A stretch of 38,845 nt of DNA from Candidatus Hydrothermales bacterium (GTDB lineage Bacteria; Hydrothermota; Hydrothermia; Hydrothermales; JAJRUZ01): the NCBI GenBank assembly GCA_039630575.1, contig JBCNUW010000018.1:1-38845 (forward strand), in the 5' to 3' direction. Under the pieces are notes generated by a model that did no database searches, was not told the DNA's origin, and saw nothing but the letters and a program-made list of their open reading frames with translations. The position numbers and the translations under genes were made by a program. Positions 9,745-19,046 of the stretch are shown in pieces. Numbering within the stretch: the first letter of the stretch is position 1; every line of letters begins with the position of its first letter.

Positions 9745-10664
9745 ATGTTTATTATTGAAAAAAAATATACCTTAGAAGATCTTGTTGAGAAGTTAAAGGT
9801 AAGTAGAAGAACAGTTTTAAGAGATTTAAGGGAAATCAAAGATATGGGAGTTGAGATAAAGTATGATAGGTATAGTAGAAAATATTATTCGGAAAGTTCA
9901 AAAGAATGTATTTTATCAATCCCTTTATTTAAAATGAATTTTACAAGAGATGAAGTTTACTCTCTCTATTTTGCCTACAATTTTCTTAAAAAGAAGAAAA
10001 ATTTCCCGTTTATTTTTGAACTCGAATCTTTTATAAAAAAACTTGAAGAATATAAAGATAAAGTGGAATATAAAGATTTGATTGAAATAACAGACTTTGG
10101 AGTAGAGGAAGAGTTAAGAGATAAATTTAAGATTATAAAGTCAGCGATAGAGGAAGGAAAACATTTGGAGTTTAATTATTTCGGTTCACCTGAAAAGAGA
10201 GAAATTAAAAGAAAAGTAGCTCCTTGGAATTTAATATATGCTTTTGGAAAGTGGTATCTCATAGGATATTGTACAAAAAGAAGAGATATGAGAATATTTA
10301 ATTTAAGAAATATAGAGGATGTTGAAAAAACTACAGAGGATTCTGTCGAACTTATTGGTAAGGATTTTGAAGAATATAAGAAAGATATGTTTGGACCGTG
10401 GAAAGGTGAAAAGGGAAAATGGGTAACTATATTTTATGATAGTAAAGTTTCAAGATACATTAAAGAAAAATTTTTTCTTCAAGAGCATAAGATTGAGGAA
10501 TTTGAGGATGGTTCGATTAGATTAAAAATTAAAGTTTCCTATCCTGAAGCTGTATTATTTTATCTTGTTTTACCTTTCAATTATCATGCGGAAATAGAGT
10601 CTCGAAATATTTGAGAAAAAAAACTTTAAAGTACTTAAAGAAAGCAATAGAAAAGTATCGATAA
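9745..10664 (+). pseudogene. HTH-WYL-WCX transcriptional regulator (YafY/PafC-like) with a C-terminal -1 nt frameshift
   Basis: wHTH LVEKLKVSRRTVLRDL and WYL RKVAPWNL...KWYLIGYC..R.DMRIFNLRNI. The ORF stops at 10614, but restoring one base at ~10603 gives the expected AEIESPKYLRKKTLKYLKKAIEKYR* ending at 10664. Confidence 0.8.
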
Positions 10665-10675
10665 TTTTGTTTTAT

Positions 10676-11068
10676 GGGGGGAGAGGTTCCGTAAGCCGGA
10701 TTCTGTTTTAGGTGGTCATCTATCTGATGCGGCTACCCGGGGATTTGTGGAAGCGGGCCACTTCCATAACCTCCCCTGTTTGCCTTGCTTAGGGTGGGGG
10801 TTGCAACGTCCCTAACATAACTTGTTAGGGAAGGGGAATCTCACCCCTTCGCTCCAGGTTTCCCTAGAACCGGTAGGCTCTTACCCTACCTTTTCACCCT
10901 TACCCCTCCCTCTAAAGGGAGATAGGCGGTATTTTCTCTGTTGCCCTATCCTTTCCTCCCTTTTAAAGGAGGAACCTTCTTATTCAGAAGGCACCCTGCC
11001 CTCTTAAGTCCGGACTTTCCTCCCTTTCCCCTAAATCAGGGAAAGAGCGACCACCCGAACCTCCCCCC
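10676..11068 (-). ncRNA. rnpB: RNase P RNA, bacterial type A
   Basis: GC-rich island with GAGGAAAGTCCGG and ACAGAATCCGGCTTA (P4), P1 GGGGAGGTTC/GAACCTCTCC, P2 GGTGGTC/GACCACC and the AGGGTGAAA...GGTAAGAG T-loop region. Confidence 0.97.
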
Positions 11069-11101
11069 TTGCTATCAAAACCCAACATAATTTTATCTAC
11101 T

Positions 11102-11605
11102 TTAATTTATTCGCTCCTTTATAAAATTTTCAATACTGTCCATAAATTTTTCTAAAGCTTTTTCATCTTTTCTAAGGAGATCCTCTATAACAAAAAGATA
11201 GTATTTTGTCATTTCCTCATCCTTTCTTTTAAAAGCATTTAAAAGCTTTTTCATAAAATCCCTTTCTCTTTGATGGATACCTAAAAGTGCCACTAAGGTT
11301 TGATATAATTCTCTTCCTTTTTTTGTTTTTCTTAAAAATTTTAAACTACTTTTTAACTCCCTTTGTCTTTTTTCATAATAATTGAAAATTTTCAATTTTT
11401 TTCTCTGTAATTGAACATTTGGATTATCTATAGTATTTCTTAAAAATTCAACAAACTTTTTGTGCTCATTAGAGTAGTTCTTTAAAAGATTTACTATTTT
11501 TCTGTATTTCTCTAAATTTTTTAATTTTTTCTTAAATAAAAAAATAATAAAATTCCTTTTAACTATGTTTGCCAAAAATTTAAAAGAAATATATAAAAGC
11601 CTCAT
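11102..11605 (-). CDS. Hypothetical alpha-helical, K/E-rich protein
   Basis: Open frame of 168-178 codons with amphipathic helical periodicity. Start uncertain (ATG 11605 versus TTG 11638). Confidence 0.55.
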   Translation of the reverse strand: MRLLYISFKFLANIVKRNFIIFLFKKKLKNLEKYRKIVNLLKNYSNEHKKFVEFLRNTIDNPNVQLQRKKLKIFNYYEKRQRELKSSLKFLRKTKKGRELYQTLVALLGIHQRERDFMKKLLNAFKRKDEEMTKYYLFVIEDLLRKDEKALEKFMDSIENFIKERIN

Positions 11606-11660
11606 TGAAAATATAATGTTAAAAATGAAAAATATCAATACCTTATAATATCATTAAGTA

Positions 11661-13562
11661 ATGATGATTTTTGTTTATTTTCTCTTTTCATTAAGTTTTG
11701 TAAGACCATATCCTTTCCAAAGACCTTCACCTGGTTATGATGTTTTGCACTACAATTTAAATTTAAAGGTAAGACCACAGACAAGGAACCTTATAGGAGT
11801 CTCTGAATTTATAGTAGAAGTTAAGGAAAATTATCTTAACAAAATTAAGTTTAATGCAAAAGATTTGATTATTGATAGTATACAGGTTTTGAACAGAAAG
11901 ATATTCAGTTTTTCCTATCCTGATTCTGATTTGGTTGAATTTTCTCTCCCTGCAAGTGTTTTTAGGGGTGAAACTCTAAGTTTTAAAGTCTTTTTTTACA
12001 AGTTTTATCCAGGTAACGTTCCAATTGAAAAAATGAGGGGTCTCTTCTTTCATCAAAGTGGAATGGTCTTTACTTTTTCAGAACCACAGGATGCAAGAAG
12101 AATCTTTCCATGCTGGGATGAACCCTATGATAAAGCAACCCTAAAAATTAAATTTAATGTTCCTTACAGAAGTCAAGTAGCTTCAAATGGACTTTTGATG
12201 CAAAAAATTGATTATCCACAACACGATTCATCAATTTTTGTTTTTTACGAATCTCATCCAATTGCTACCTATCTGATAGCCTTTTCAATTTACGATGGAT
12301 ATGAAGTATTAAGCGACTATTACCAGGATAAACCTTTACTTTACTATGTTGTAGATAATAAAAACAAAATTGTAGCTGAATCTCTAAAAACATTACACAG
12401 AGAAGCTATTGAGTTTTTTTCAAGAAAATTTATAAATTATCCATTCTCAAAATATGGTGTAGCATCGGTTTTTGACTTTCCAGGGGGAATGGAAAATCAG
12501 ACTATAACCTTTGTAAATCCAAATTGGTGGAATGATACACAAAATATTTATAAGCTTGAATATGGCTTTATTCATGAACTTGCCCATCAATGGTTTGGTG
12601 ACCTTGTTACTCCATCAGATTGGAAAGAGATATGGCTAAATGAGGGATTTGCTTCCTACATGGAGATACTTTGGGCTGAACATAAGCACGGTAAAAAAGC
12701 AGCTTTAAAAAGATTAAAAGAATTCAAAAATCATTTTTTCAGTGTTGATACCTTGATGCTTTATCCTATTTACGATCCAAGAGATTCTTATTTTAACGGT
12801 CGAAGATTTGTCCCAATAATATATAAAAAGGGAGCCTATGTTCTCCATATGTTAAGAAAACTTTTGGGAGATAATGATTTTTTAAAAGCTTTAAGAGATT
12901 ACATAAATGAAAATGCCTATAAAAATGTCACAATAGGAGATTTTCAAATTTCTTGCGAGAGATACTACGGAAATTCACTTTACTTCTTCTTTGAAGAATG
13001 GCTGACAAGAGCTCGATACCCTACTTTTAAAATATACGACACAACTTACCAAGTTGGAGCAAATGTTTATATAAACGAGATAAAAATAATACAGAAGGCT
13101 CCACCCTATACTGTTAAAATGCCTGTGGCTTTTTACTATAGCAACAGCTTTTTCATTGAACATCTATGGATAGATGATACCTTTAAGGTTTATAAGGTTT
13201 ATACAAATTTTGTTCCTGATTCAATTGTTTATAACTTTGAAGAAGAAATTTTGTGTAAGATTTTGAAAAAAGACTATTACAAAGAAAAGAAAACTGTTGA
13301 AAATATCTTTGTCTTTAATGAAGGAAAAAATGTTTATTTAGGATTCCACCTAAATGAAAAGTCAAGGATTGAATTAAAAGTTTTAGATAGTTCTGGAAGA
13401 ATTGTTAGAACTATTATAAACTCAACTTTTGATCCTGGTAGTCACATGATTTTATGGACCGGTAAGAATTCTTCTGGAAGATACAGCTCAGCTGGAACCT
13501 ACTTTTTCTTTTTCAACACAAGTGATATGAAGATTTTAAAAAAATTTGTATTAATTAAATAA
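11661..13562 (+). CDS. M1-family zinc aminopeptidase with C-terminal FlgD-Ig/T9SS-like sorting domain
   Basis: GGMEN exopeptidase motif and HELAHQWFG-...-NEGFASY zinc site. C-terminus LKVLDSSGRIVRT...WTGKNSSG...AGTYF...KFVLIK. Confidence 0.92.
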   Translation: MMIFVYFLFSLSFVRPYPFQRPSPGYDVLHYNLNLKVRPQTRNLIGVSEFIVEVKENYLNKIKFNAKDLIIDSIQVLNRKIFSFSYPDSDLVEFSLPASVFRGETLSFKVFFYKFYPGNVPIEKMRGLFFHQSGMVFTFSEPQDARRIFPCWDEPYDKATLKIKFNVPYRSQVASNGLLMQKIDYPQHDSSIFVFYESHPIATYLIAFSIYDGYEVLSDYYQDKPLLYYVVDNKNKIVAESLKTLHREAIEFFSRKFINYPFSKYGVASVFDFPGGMENQTITFVNPNWWNDTQNIYKLEYGFIHELAHQWFGDLVTPSDWKEIWLNEGFASYMEILWAEHKHGKKAALKRLKEFKNHFFSVDTLMLYPIYDPRDSYFNGRRFVPIIYKKGAYVLHMLRKLLGDNDFLKALRDYINENAYKNVTIGDFQISCERYYGNSLYFFFEEWLTRARYPTFKIYDTTYQVGANVYINEIKIIQKAPPYTVKMPVAFYYSNSFFIEHLWIDDTFKVYKVYTNFVPDSIVYNFEEEILCKILKKDYYKEKKTVENIFVFNEGKNVYLGFHLNEKSRIELKVLDSSGRIVRTIINSTFDPGSHMILWTGKNSSGRYSSAGTYFFFFNTSDMKILKKFVLIK

Positions 13563-14618
13563 AAATTTTAGAGGTTTAATACCATCAGGAAAAAATTCCT
13601 CATCTATAAGCTGTAAATTTCCTGCTTTTTTTATATAAAAATTCTTAAATCTTTCTTTCAGATTCCTTACGTATTCTTCTTTATAGGGGTATATGCTAAT
13701 TCCTTGTATTAAGTTCTCAAAAAAATTAATTTTTTCAATAACTTCATCAAAATTTTTAAAGTTAAATATGTTTAAAAATCCCTTTGAAACAATAATTTTT
13801 TCTGGATTAAACCTTAGATAAAACTCACCTATTTTTTCCTTTTCTGTAAAATCAGAAAGATTTAGGTAAAAGTTAAAAAGTTTTTCTTTTCTGTTAAATA
13901 AACCACTAAATTTTTTAAGTTTCTTTTTGAGATTTAAAATGAATTGGTCAAAAATTTCTTTGTGAATAAAAATTATTGTGGGAGATAAACAACCTGAATG
14001 TGAAAAGTAAACTATATCTTTAATTAACTTTTCTAATCCATTTGAATTTAGCATAATCGAGAGGCTTGTTTTACTTCCATATTCAATGATTTTTTTTGTT
14101 GGATCAATTCTTTTTTTAAATTCCTCTAAAGTATAGTTTGAACCAACGAGAACATAATAGTCAAAATCGTTAATTTTTTCTTTCAGATTCTCTAAGCTTT
14201 GTGTTGTTATTTCTATATTTTTAAAACTTTCTTTTTTAAGATAACTTAATAATTTACGAGAGATCTCAAAATAATTTTTACTTGGTCTCCATAATATTTT
14301 TTTTGATATTAAAAATAAAAAATATAAATACTCAATTTCTAAAAGTGGTATATTTCCTGGGGTTAGTAAAAAGGAGTTCCCCCTTTTTAAGTTTATGTTG
14401 AAATTCTCGCTGTTTATTTCTTCTTTGATTCTCTTTATTAATTTTTTATAATTTCCAAAAATAAAAAGCATATTTTCAAGTGGTTTTTCATAATAAATAA
14501 ATTTTTTACCCTTTTTTTCAAGAAAAATTTTTATAAATTTTTTTTCTCTTTTCCAGAAATTAAGGAGGGTTTTTGAATATTTTTTTAAAAGAATTTTAAT
14601 ATCTTCTTGCCTTATCAT
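13551..14618 (-). CDS. Acyl-CoA reductase (LuxC-like, ALDH superfamily), divergent
   Basis: PGNIP, RPS, GS..TL, EYGSKTS, GCLSP catalytic Cys, and G.LQ....PDG..PL C-terminal motif. Confidence 0.75.
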   Translation of the reverse strand: MIRQEDIKILLKKYSKTLLNFWKREKKFIKIFLEKKGKKFIYYEKPLENMLFIFGNYKKLIKRIKEEINSENFNINLKRGNSFLLTPGNIPLLEIEYLYFLFLISKKILWRPSKNYFEISRKLLSYLKKESFKNIEITTQSLENLKEKINDFDYYVLVGSNYTLEEFKKRIDPTKKIIEYGSKTSLSIMLNSNGLEKLIKDIVYFSHSGCLSPTIIFIHKEIFDQFILNLKKKLKKFSGLFNRKEKLFNFYLNLSDFTEKEKIGEFYLRFNPEKIIVSKGFLNIFNFKNFDEVIEKINFFENLIQGISIYPYKEEYVRNLKERFKNFYIKKAGNLQLIDEEFFPDGIKPLKFLFN

Positions 14619-14653
14619 ATATTAATTTTATGGAAAGAAAAAATTTGTTTGAA
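14595..14653. promoter_or_regulatory. Overlapping divergent promoters for luxC-like and prfB
   Basis: Plus strand: TTTAAT-17-TATATT-6-ATG(14630). Minus strand: TTCAAA-17-TAAAAT-6-ATG(14618). Only 11 nt separate the start codons. Confidence 0.5.
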
Positions 14654-15721
14654 AGATGGGAAAAATTAAAAGGTTTTATAAATTTAAAAAACTTAAAAGA
14701 TGAAAAGGAAAGACTTGAAAGAGAATCAGCAGAAAGTAGCTTTTGGCATGATAAAAAAAGAGCAAAAGAAGTTATAGAAAAATTGAATCAAATAAAAGAA
14801 CTTTTAGGTGTTTCTGAAAGTGTAGAAAATAAAATAAGAGAGATAAAAGAAATGGAAGAACTAAAAAAAGAAGACGAAACTTTAGAGGAAGAACTTGAGA
14901 AAGAAATCATAAAACTTACCAAAGATCTTGAAAGAGAAATTAGTGAAGTTGAGATAAAATTAATATTAAATGGACCAGATGATTATAAAAATTGCATATT
15001 GACAATTCATCCTGGGGCAGGGGGGACAGAATCTATGGATTGGGCATCTATGCTCTTAAGAATGTATTTAATGTATTGTGAAAAAAAAGGATTTAGAGTA
15101 GAATTGGATGCTCAGCCAGGTGAAGAAGCAGGGATCAAATCTGCCACTTTATTCATAGAAGGTAAGTATGCCTATGGTCTTCTTAAAGCAGAAAGGGGGG
15201 TTCATAGACTTGTAAGAATATCTCCGTTTGATGCTTCTAAAAGGAGACATACTTCATTTGCCGCAGTATTTGTATACCCTGAAGTTGAAGAAATTGAAGT
15301 AGAGATAAATGAAGATGATCTTGAGATAGAGACATTTAGAGCCTCTGGACCAGGTGGACAGCATGTTCAAAAGGCTTCCACTGCTATTAGAATAAGGCAT
15401 ATACCAACAGGAATTGTTGTGTCCTGTCAGAGTGAGAGATCTCTTTATCAAAATAAAATGTATGCCTTAAGGATACTAAGGTCTAAATTAAAGGAATACT
15501 ATGATAAAAAACAAAAAGAAAAACTTTTAGAACTTGAAAAAGAAAAAACAGAAATAGGTTGGGGCAATCAGATAAGAAGTTACATTCTTCACCCCTATCG
15601 CCTTGTTAAGGATCATAGAACCGATTTTGAAACATCAAAAGTTGATGATGTCCTTGACGGAAACATTGAAGATTTTATAATTTCTTATCTTTTAATGGAG
15701 CTAAAAAATGAAGTTAAATAG
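14630..15721 (+). CDS. prfB: Peptide chain release factor 2 (no programmed frameshift)
   Basis: SPF anticodon-mimic motif (RISPFD), GGQ, GWGNQIRSY; a single continuous ORF. Confidence 0.96.
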   Translation: MERKNLFERWEKLKGFINLKNLKDEKERLERESAESSFWHDKKRAKEVIEKLNQIKELLGVSESVENKIREIKEMEELKKEDETLEEELEKEIIKLTKDLEREISEVEIKLILNGPDDYKNCILTIHPGAGGTESMDWASMLLRMYLMYCEKKGFRVELDAQPGEEAGIKSATLFIEGKYAYGLLKAERGVHRLVRISPFDASKRRHTSFAAVFVYPEVEEIEVEINEDDLEIETFRASGPGGQHVQKASTAIRIRHIPTGIVVSCQSERSLYQNKMYALRILRSKLKEYYDKKQKEKLLELEKEKTEIGWGNQIRSYILHPYRLVKDHRTDFETSKVDDVLDGNIEDFIISYLLMELKNEVK

Positions 15722-17168
15722 GAGCTATCCTGAAGAATACGAAATTCGGTTTAAAAAACTAAAGAAACTAAAAGAAGAAGGAATCGAACCGTTTGCCTAT
15801 AAATTTGATTCAAAAATAGATATAAAATTGATAAGGGAGAATGAATCACACTATATGGATAAAGATGTAAAAACTGCAGGAAGGTTAAAATTTTTCAGAG
15901 ATTTCGGAAAATTGATATTTGCGGTAATAGAAGATGAAAAAGAGAAAATTCAAATAGTAATTGAGAAAAAAACCTTAGATAAAAAATATGAAATTTTTAG
16001 AAAGTATATTGACCCAGGAGATATAATAGGTGTTGAGGGAAAGGTTGGTAAAACTCAAAAGGGTGAACTTTCCATATTTGTAAAAGATTTTGACTTACTT
16101 ACAAAGGCACTTTTACCTTTACCAGAAAAATATCATGGTCTTAAAGACCCTGAACTTATTTATAGAAAAAGATACCTTCATTTAATTTCAGATTTAGATT
16201 CAAGAGAAGTGTTTAGACTAAGGACTAAAATTTTTGATTTTATAAGAAACTTTTTAAATAAAGAAAAATTTATTGAAGTGGAGACCCCTATTTTACAACC
16301 AATATACGGAGGTGCTACAGCAAGACCTTTTAAAACTTATTCAAATGCTCTTGACGCAGAACTTTACTTGAGAATATCAAATGAACTTTATCTAAAAAGG
16401 TTAATAGTTGGTGGTTTTGAAAGGGTTTATGAATTTTCAAAAGATTTTAGAAACGAGGGAATTGATAGGAGCCACTATCCAGAGTTTACCCTACTTGAAG
16501 GTTACGTGGCTTATTGGGATTACAATATCCTATCTGATTTTATTGAAAACCTTCTATACTCTCTTGTTGTAGAAATAAAAGGTAATTATGAAATTGAATA
16601 CCAGGGCAAAAAGATTTCCTTTAAAAGACCCTTTAAAAAAGTAGAATATATAGAATGTTTAAAAACAAAACTTGGATTTGATCCTTTAGAAGTTAAATTA
16701 GAAAGGCTAATAGAGATAGCGTCAAATTTAGGTATAGAAGAAAAAGAGTATCCCAAAGTTCTTGATAAACTCTTTGATTTTCTATGCTCTAAGGATTTTA
16801 TAGATCCAACTTTTGTTTTTAACTATCCTAAGGAACTTTCACCACTTGCAAAGGTTAAAAGGGATGATGACAGATTAACTGAGAGGTTTGAACTTTATAT
16901 AGCAGGGATGGAAATTGTAAATGCTTTTTCAGAACTTAATGACCCAGTTGATCAGGAAGAAAGGTTTTTGAGGCAGTTAGAAATGAGGGAAAAGGGATAC
17001 GAAGAGGCTCATTCTTTTGATGAAGACTACATTGAGGCTCTTTGTTATGGAATGCCTCCTACAGCAGGTTTTGGCATAGGAATGGATAGATTGTGTATGA
17101 TCTTGGCGGATAAACATAACATAAGAGATGTTATTCTTTTTCCGGGATTAAGGCCTAAGACAAAATGA
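15708..17168 (+). CDS. lysS: Lysyl-tRNA synthetase, class II
   Basis: OB-fold N-terminus, EVETPIL..YGGATARPF, FRNEGID..H.PEFT and YGMPPTAGFGIGMDRL. Confidence 0.97.
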   Translation: MKLNRSYPEEYEIRFKKLKKLKEEGIEPFAYKFDSKIDIKLIRENESHYMDKDVKTAGRLKFFRDFGKLIFAVIEDEKEKIQIVIEKKTLDKKYEIFRKYIDPGDIIGVEGKVGKTQKGELSIFVKDFDLLTKALLPLPEKYHGLKDPELIYRKRYLHLISDLDSREVFRLRTKIFDFIRNFLNKEKFIEVETPILQPIYGGATARPFKTYSNALDAELYLRISNELYLKRLIVGGFERVYEFSKDFRNEGIDRSHYPEFTLLEGYVAYWDYNILSDFIENLLYSLVVEIKGNYEIEYQGKKISFKRPFKKVEYIECLKTKLGFDPLEVKLERLIEIASNLGIEEKEYPKVLDKLFDFLCSKDFIDPTFVFNYPKELSPLAKVKRDDDRLTERFELYIAGMEIVNAFSELNDPVDQEERFLRQLEMREKGYEEAHSFDEDYIEALCYGMPPTAGFGIGMDRLCMILADKHNIRDVILFPGLRPKTK

Positions 17169-18370
17169 AAGTCCATATTTTTTTGATTTTGAGGTTTTTA
17201 AGATTAAAAAGTGGCTTTCTTTTATCTGTTTTAGCTTTACTTTCGGTTTTAGGAATTTTTCTTGGTGTTACGGCTTTGATTCTTGTAACTGGTGTTATTT
17301 CGGGGTTTCATTCTGAAATTAAATCTCGTATTCTATCACTCACGCCTCATATTTTAATTCAAAGATTTGGAGATGAGGGAATTGAGGATACAAAAGCCAT
17401 AGTAGATAAATTGAGGATGATAAATGGAATTGAAAATGTTATTGAATATAGAATTACCAAAACTCTATTCAAAAATAAAGATTTTGTTGATGGCGGAGTT
17501 ATAAGGGGGTTACCTGAAGAAAATTTCCCATTAAAGGAAAGGCTGAAAAAAAGTATTTTAGAGGGTAAATATATGGAGAGTGATAATTCTATTTTACTTG
17601 GAGAGTATTTAGCATACAGGTTAAGAGCAGAGGTAGGAGATTCAATTTTAATAGTTATTCCTCTTGAGGATAAATTTTCTCCCATGTTTTTTCCTGTTAA
17701 GACAGAAAAGTTTATAGTTGCTGGAATTTTTGATCTTGGATACTATGAGTATAATGCTTCTTTTGCTTTTATACCAATGAGGAAATTTAAAAGGCTTTTA
17801 AAAGGTCCAAACAGATTATTGGAGGTTGTTTTGAAAGAACCATATAATGCGGACATTATAAAGAAAAAGATAGATGGAATTTTAAAGTATCCTTTTTATA
17901 GTCTTACTTGGACAGAAATGAATAAGTCTTTATTTTCAGCTCTTAAATTGGAGAAGCTTGCTTTATTTTTGATTCTTTCAATTTTGATTTTCGTTGCCTC
18001 TTTTATGATAATGGGTAATCTTTTTGTTTTAATGGCAAAGAAAACAAGGGAGATTGGAATTTTAATGTGTTTAGGTTTTCAGAAAAATGATGTTTTTAAA
18101 ATTTTTTTAATGGAAGGACTTTTACTTGGAACAGTTGGGATATTCTCTGGTATTTTAATAGGTTCTTTTTTAGGATTCATAGCAGGAAAATTCAAGTTGA
18201 TAAAACTTCCTCCTGATGTTTACTTTATTGATTATCTACCTATATCTTTGAATTTAAAAGATATTTTTCTTATTTTACTTTCCTCCTTTTTAATTGTTAT
18301 TTTCTCTTCAACTATACCTGCGATAAGGGCTTCAAGAATTTTACCAAGAGATGCTCTGAGATATGAATGA
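17165..18370 (+). CDS. lolE: Lipoprotein-releasing ABC transporter permease (LolC/E family)
   Basis: GIFLGVTALILVTGVISGF, W.EMNKSLFSALKLEK, KTREIGIL..LG and DVYFIDYLP; directly followed by lolD. Confidence 0.88.
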   Translation: MKVHIFLILRFLRLKSGFLLSVLALLSVLGIFLGVTALILVTGVISGFHSEIKSRILSLTPHILIQRFGDEGIEDTKAIVDKLRMINGIENVIEYRITKTLFKNKDFVDGGVIRGLPEENFPLKERLKKSILEGKYMESDNSILLGEYLAYRLRAEVGDSILIVIPLEDKFSPMFFPVKTEKFIVAGIFDLGYYEYNASFAFIPMRKFKRLLKGPNRLLEVVLKEPYNADIIKKKIDGILKYPFYSLTWTEMNKSLFSALKLEKLALFLILSILIFVASFMIMGNLFVLMAKKTREIGILMCLGFQKNDVFKIFLMEGLLLGTVGIFSGILIGSFLGFIAGKFKLIKLPPDVYFIDYLPISLNLKDIFLILLSSFLIVIFSSTIPAIRASRILPRDALRYE

Positions 18371-19046
18371 GACTATTTTGGTTGCTGAAGAGCTATTTAA
18401 AAGTTTTGACTCACCGAACGGTAAAATTGAGGTTTTAAGGGGTGTAGATATTTGTGTAAATAGTAGAGATAAGATCCTGATTCAGGGTCCTTCAGGTTCA
18501 GGTAAGACGACTTTACTTATGCTTCTTTCTTTGCTTGATAAACCTGATCATGGAAAAATTTTTTTTAGGGGAGAGTTAGTATCCTTTGAAGATGAAAATA
18601 AATTGAAAGAGCTTAGAAACCGTAAATTCGGTTTTATTTTTCAATTTTACAATCTTATAAGAGAACTTAATGCTCTTGAAAATGTTATGATTCCACTTTT
18701 GATAAGGGGTGAAAGTAAAAGATTGGCTGAGGAAAAAGCGATAGAAGTCCTTGAGTTAGTTGGTTTGAAAGAAAAGATTTATTCTTTCCCCTCAGAAATG
18801 TCTGGAGGAGAAGAGCAAAGAGTTGCAATTGCCCGTGCGATTGTGAATAAACCAGAAATAATTTTTGCTGATGAGCCTACAGGAAGTCTTGATGAAAAAA
18901 ATGCTCACAAGATTATGAATATTCTTTTTGAACTTGTTGAGAAAAATAATGTATCTTTGATAATGGTATCACATAACCCGTTATGGATAGAATATTTTGA
19001 TTTATGTTATAATTTACAAGAAGGTAAATTAAAATTGATAAAATGA
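18363..19046 (+). CDS. lolD: Lipoprotein-releasing ABC transporter ATP-binding protein
   Basis: [32 protein letters not shown] and [11 protein letters not shown]. Confidence 0.9.
   Translation: MNETILVAEELFKSFDSPNGKIEVLRGVDICVNSRDKILIQGPSGSGKTTLLMLLSLLDKPDHGKIFFRGELVSFEDENKLKELRNRKFGFIFQFYNLIRELNALENVMIPLLIRGESKRLAEEKAIEVLELVGLKEKIYSFPSEMSGGEEQRVAIARAIVNKPEIIFADEPTGSLDEKNAHKIMNILFELVEKNNVSLIMVSHNPLWIEYFDLCYNLQEGKLKLIK

Noticed and set aside
10822..11007. 61-aa plus-strand ORF
   Set aside because: It is antisense to rnpB and is a by-product of the GC-rich structured RNA.
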